Shown here piece by piece: positions 61,250 to 64,000 of a stretch of DNA of 64,000 nucleotides. The translations under genes and the position numbers were made by a program. The notes under the pieces are model-generated. The model searched no databases. It had not been told where the DNA came from and saw nothing but the letters and a program-made list of their open reading frames with translations. This DNA comes from a virus: IMG/VR virus record IMGVR_UViG_3300046758_000611, positions 32,001 to 96,000 of that record; one strand, 5' to 3'. The stretch's first letter is position 1. Each line of letters starts with the position of its first letter.

Positions 61250-62020
61250 TTATTTATTATCATCTTTTTTTTCTTTAAATGGAACATTTCCGAGGGTACT
61301 TCCTGGAATATACCTTTTTTTGTATACAATTTTCCCTTCGTATTTTTTATATGCATCCATGCTTGTTTTTTTCCAAGGAACATAATAAGGTCCTCGTGTG
61401 GGTGGTTCTGGTTCAACTTCCTGGGTGTCGTACATTGGGGTTGATGTTGAATTTACATCTTCTTTTATTTTATTTTTTATTATATAACTTTCAGTTTTAC
61501 TTGAAAACATAGTTGGACTTGGAGTAGGACTTGGAGTTGGAGTAGGAGTTGGTGTAGGGGTGGGACTTGGAGTTGGAGTGGGAGTTGGACTTGGGGTAGG
61601 AGTTGGAGTGGGAGTTGGTGTAGGAGTTGGTGTAGGGGTGGGACTTGGAGTTGGAGTGGGAGTTGGAGTGGGAGTTGGTGTAGGGGTGGGACTTGGAGTT
61701 GGAGTGGGAGTGGGAGTTGGTGTAGGAGTTGGACTTGGGGTAGGAGTTGGACTTGGGGTAGGAGTTGGAGTTGGAGTTGGACTTGGTGTAGGAGTTGGTG
61801 TTGGGGTGGGGGTAGGGCTTGGAGTTGGAGTGGGGGTTGGGGTAGGGCTTGGAGTTGGAGTGGGGGTTGGGGTAGGGCTTGGAGTTGGAGTGGGAGTTGG
61901 ACTTGGTGTAGGAGTTGGAGTGGGAGTTGGACTTGGGGTGGGAGTTACTTCAATTACATCTTCTATAAAATCACCTTCTTCTTGGAATTTATCAGCAAAG
62001 GGTAGATTATCTATCCAATT
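61250..62020 (-). CDS. Pro/Thr-rich frame, probable -1 frameshift extension of the 62011..63105 gene (includes ORF 61250..61510)
   Basis: Frame reads [25 protein letters not shown](TP/SP)n into MFSSKTES...; no stop between 62020 and 61252; no ATG before 61510. Confidence 0.7.
   Translation of the reverse strand, partial: NWIDNLPFADKFQEEGDFIEDVIEVTPTPSPTPTPTPTPSPTPTPTPSPTPTPTPTPSPTPTPTPTPSPTPTPTPTPTPSPTPTPTPTPSPTPTPSPTPTPTPTPTPTPSPTPTPTPTPTPTPTPSPTPTPTPTPTPTPTPTPSPTPTPTPSPTPTPTPTPTPSPTPSPTMFSSKTESYIIKNKIKEDVNSTSTPMYDTQEVEPEPPTRGPYYVPWKKTSMDAYKKYEGKIVYKKRYIPGSTLGNVPFKEKKDDNK
61511..61945 (-). repeat. about 145-codon Pro/Thr/Ser repeat
   Basis: GGAGTT/GGACTT/GGGGTA hexamer array on plus strand; near-perfect 30-bp units at 61811-61894. 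Confidence 0.92.
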
Positions 62021-63105
62021 TTTTTTTTCGGCAACTCTTCTCCTAGAGTCATTTTCCCACCTACCATAATATTATATGCCAATACAAGTGCAACTGCAAC
62101 AGGGTCAAAAACTAAAACAATTACAATAATAAACCACTTTACAACTTGGTCTACTGGCATTCCAAATGATTCTGCTATAAAACGAAAACTACCAATATCA
62201 GTTGCACGAATTCCTTCTTTTTCTTTTAATATCTCTGCTTGGTTTTCTTTTATTTTGTCGTATTTATCTTCAATAGTGGTTACATTATCCAGGTCGTTTG
62301 TTGTATCACGAAGACCATTTACTTTTTCTACAAATTTATCATATTCACTTGAAATTTGATCATCAATTTTGGCAAGAGCATCATTGTATGATTTTGTTGC
62401 AGAAGTTTCTTCGTCTGTTATTGCTGATAATGATTTTGCGATAGAATCTCGCTCAGGTTGTTGTGTTATCCTTAGTTCTTCTATTTTCTTTTTGTTATTA
62501 CTAAATAACCCACCTGGTTTTGATTCTAATTCACTTTTTGCTTTATCCAATACCGCAAGACGATCCATAAATTGTTGTCTACGAAATCCTCTTGCTTCGG
62601 TGTCTGTTTTGTTTCTATTAGCAAGTGCTTCCTGTCGTTTTCTTCCGTCTGCCACATAATCGTCATAGATTTTTTGAAAACCTACTATTGTTTCAGTTTT
62701 TTTATCTTCTACTGTTACATCCGTATTTTTAAGTGTTTCAATTTCAGTTTCAATTACTACTATTTCTTTATTTAGGGTTTCTATGTTATTTTCATGCATT
62801 TCCACCCTTGATCGTGTGTCATCGTAAGCATCACTTAGAAATCCGTAAATGCCCAACGAGGTTATTCCAATCAGAACCACAACTGCAATTGTACAATACC
62901 ATTTTAATATCCTTGGTATTCTTTCCCAATAACGGTATAAAAATGAAGTCATTGCTAATTTTCCTGCTTCAAGAACTCCCGCCATTACCATGGCTGCGAT
63001 AGCCGCACCTGCAAATAATAACCCAATACCTCGCACAGAAAAGAAAGCAGCCGTTCCTGCTACTGCCAGTGCCAACCCACCTATAATCGCAGTAAATACT
63101 TTCAT
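62011..63105 (-). CDS. membrane protein: 3 N-terminal TM helices, long coiled coil, C-terminal TM
   Basis: 364 aa; AFFSV.G...[42 protein letters not shown]; ends at A10 run PKKKIG*. Confidence 0.85.
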   Translation of the reverse strand: MKVFTAIIGGLALAVAGTAAFFSVRGIGLLFAGAAIAAMVMAGVLEAGKLAMTSFLYRYWERIPRILKWYCTIAVVVLIGITSLGIYGFLSDAYDDTRSRVEMHENNIETLNKEIVVIETEIETLKNTDVTVEDKKTETIVGFQKIYDDYVADGRKRQEALANRNKTDTEARGFRRQQFMDRLAVLDKAKSELESKPGGLFSNNKKKIEELRITQQPERDSIAKSLSAITDEETSATKSYNDALAKIDDQISSEYDKFVEKVNGLRDTTNDLDNVTTIEDKYDKIKENQAEILKEKEGIRATDIGSFRFIAESFGMPVDQVVKWFIIVIVLVFDPVAVALVLAYNIMVGGKMTLGEELPKKKIG

Positions 63106-63172
63106 ATTAATACATATCTCCCAATTCTATTTTATTAAACCTTATCAATGTATATAAATATAATATAGTTAT

Positions 63173-63205
63173 AAAAAAAGAGGGTAAAATTAAATTTACC
63201 CTCTT
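63173..63205 (-). terminator. rho-independent terminator after hsp20
   Basis: AAGAGGGTAAA-ATTAAA-TTTACCCTCTT with A run. Confidence 0.8.
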
Positions 63206-63227
63206 ATAGTAAAATTAAATGTTATTT

Positions 63228-63725
63228 TTAAAGTATTTTAACTTTTTTGGTTTTCGTTTCTACGATTTTTCTTTTTGGAATACTGATGTTCAAGATTCCG
63301 TTATCAAACTTAGCAGAAATTTTGTCAACTTGAAGTGTTGCTTCATCTACCTTAAACGAACGACGAAACGATGATCTTTTAAGTTCCCTGTATACATACT
63401 TTACGTCTGGATCTTCTAACTCAGTTTTTTTATCACCGGATATAGTAAGCAAACTATCTTCGTATTCAACAGATACATCACTTTTGGTGAGGCCTGCAAT
63501 TTCTGCTTCTATTCTAACTTCGTTCTTATGGTCGGCAACATTTACTCTCGGGTATGAACTATTTCCGAAAAAATTTACACCAAACTCCTGCCCAAAGTTG
63601 GGGAATGCTTGATTTACCATTTTGTCAAATATTGAGTCAAACGGAGTTAAGAACTCATCTCGCATAGTTGGAACATATTTATTAAGTCCTGTTCCAGAGG
63701 ACTTATTTAATCCTAAGTTTTTCAT
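63228..63725 (-). CDS. hsp20: small heat shock protein (Hsp20/alpha-crystallin)
   Basis: 165 aa; YPRVNV, EAEIAGL.K.DV.V, LTISG, RSSFRRSF, ISAKFDNGILNISIPK. Confidence 0.93.
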   Translation of the reverse strand: MKNLGLNKSSGTGLNKYVPTMRDEFLTPFDSIFDKMVNQAFPNFGQEFGVNFFGNSSYPRVNVADHKNEVRIEAEIAGLTKSDVSVEYEDSLLTISGDKKTELEDPDVKYVYRELKRSSFRRSFKVDEATLQVDKISAKFDNGILNISIPKRKIVETKTKKVKIL

Positions 63726-63749
63726 TTTAGTTTTCCTTTTTTTTTAGTT

Positions 63750-63799
63750 ACAAACCCCGTTTTGGGCATTTGTCGAACAACCTCAAACGAGCATTGTTC
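63750..63799 (-). promoter_or_regulatory. structured 5' leader of hsp20: two tandem hairpins
   Basis: GAACAAUG-CUC-GUUU-GAG-GUUGUUC and ACAAAUG-CCC-AAAAC-GGG-GUUUGU. Confidence 0.6.
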
Positions 63800-63830
63800 T
63801 ACTTATAAATATTAATTACATAAAAAATTA

Positions 63831-64000
63831 TTAAAATTTAAAATTGTGGTCTGTGAGTGACTTTTCGACAACACATGACATATGATCTGCCCAGTGTATT
63901 ACCCGTGGAAGTTCGGTTTTAAGTCCGTTTCCAGGATTATGGGTCTTGAGGTATTGTATATTTGCTTCATCATACATACCGTCTGATAGTTTTATCGCCA
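63831..64000 (-). CDS. HD-domain phosphohydrolase, C-terminal fragment (gene starts beyond window)
   Basis: Manual translation AIKLSDGMYDEANIQYLK...LKTELPRVIHWADHMSCVVEK...F*; H.AD motif typical of HD C-terminus; stop at 63831-63833. Confidence 0.6.
   Translation of the reverse strand, partial: AIKLSDGMYDEANIQYLKTHNPGNGLKTELPRVIHWADHMSCVVEKSLTDHNFKF

Noticed and set aside
61511-61945. CRISPR array, telomere-like or G-quadruplex element
   Set aside because: No unique spacers; hexamer periodicity with third-position variation fits a Pro/Thr coding repeat.
61560-62069. Plus-strand poly-GV ORF (169 aa)
   Set aside because: Antisense shadow of the Pro/Thr repeat; no promoter or RBS, and opposite to every real gene.
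1-64000. Stop-codon reassignment as seen in some large phages
   Set aside because: Core genes are full-length under the standard code, and TAG serves as a true stop at tightly coupled junctions (e.g. 32040-32042).
1-64000. tRNA, rRNA, integrase, transposase or DGR
   Set aside because: Intergenic gaps are short and AT-rich with no cloverleaf seen by eye; no recombinase or reverse transcriptase motifs.

Overview
A 64 kb AT-rich, gene-dense segment of a large T4-like (myovirus) bacteriophage genome. All credible genes lie on the minus strand and use the standard genetic code. In transcription order (high to low coordinates) it holds: a partial HD hydrolase, Hsp20, a membrane protein with a probable -1 frameshift extension, and a sigma-like factor; a baseplate/tail-tip block (gp5-like spike, gp25, gp6, a 3511-aa giant protein, a LamG protein, an FG-GAP/LysM/dockerin-like protein); RuvC, primase and an SbcD-SbcC (gp47/gp46) locus; a block of probable head-internal proteins and enzymes; then terminase, a lipoprotein, portal, prohead protease, scaffold, major capsid, neck, tail sheath, tail tube and a gp26-like gene. 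The most unusual signals are: (1) the Mre11/SbcD nuclease domain is fractured in two by an inserted GT9-like glycosyltransferase gene, with no intein or intron; (2) an A10 slippery site joins a 4-TM membrane protein to a start-less Pro/Thr-rich frame; (3) a P-loop kinase and a nucleotidyltransferase/RNA-ligase-like polyprotein carry prohead-protease-type cleavage sites, suggesting a virion-packaged enzyme kit; (4) two clean promoter classes, an ATATTTAT motif often 4-5 nt before ATG and sigma70-type sites with 17-bp spacers; (5) twin same-architecture hairpins in the hsp20 leader. All family assignments come from motif recognition by eye; no searches were run.
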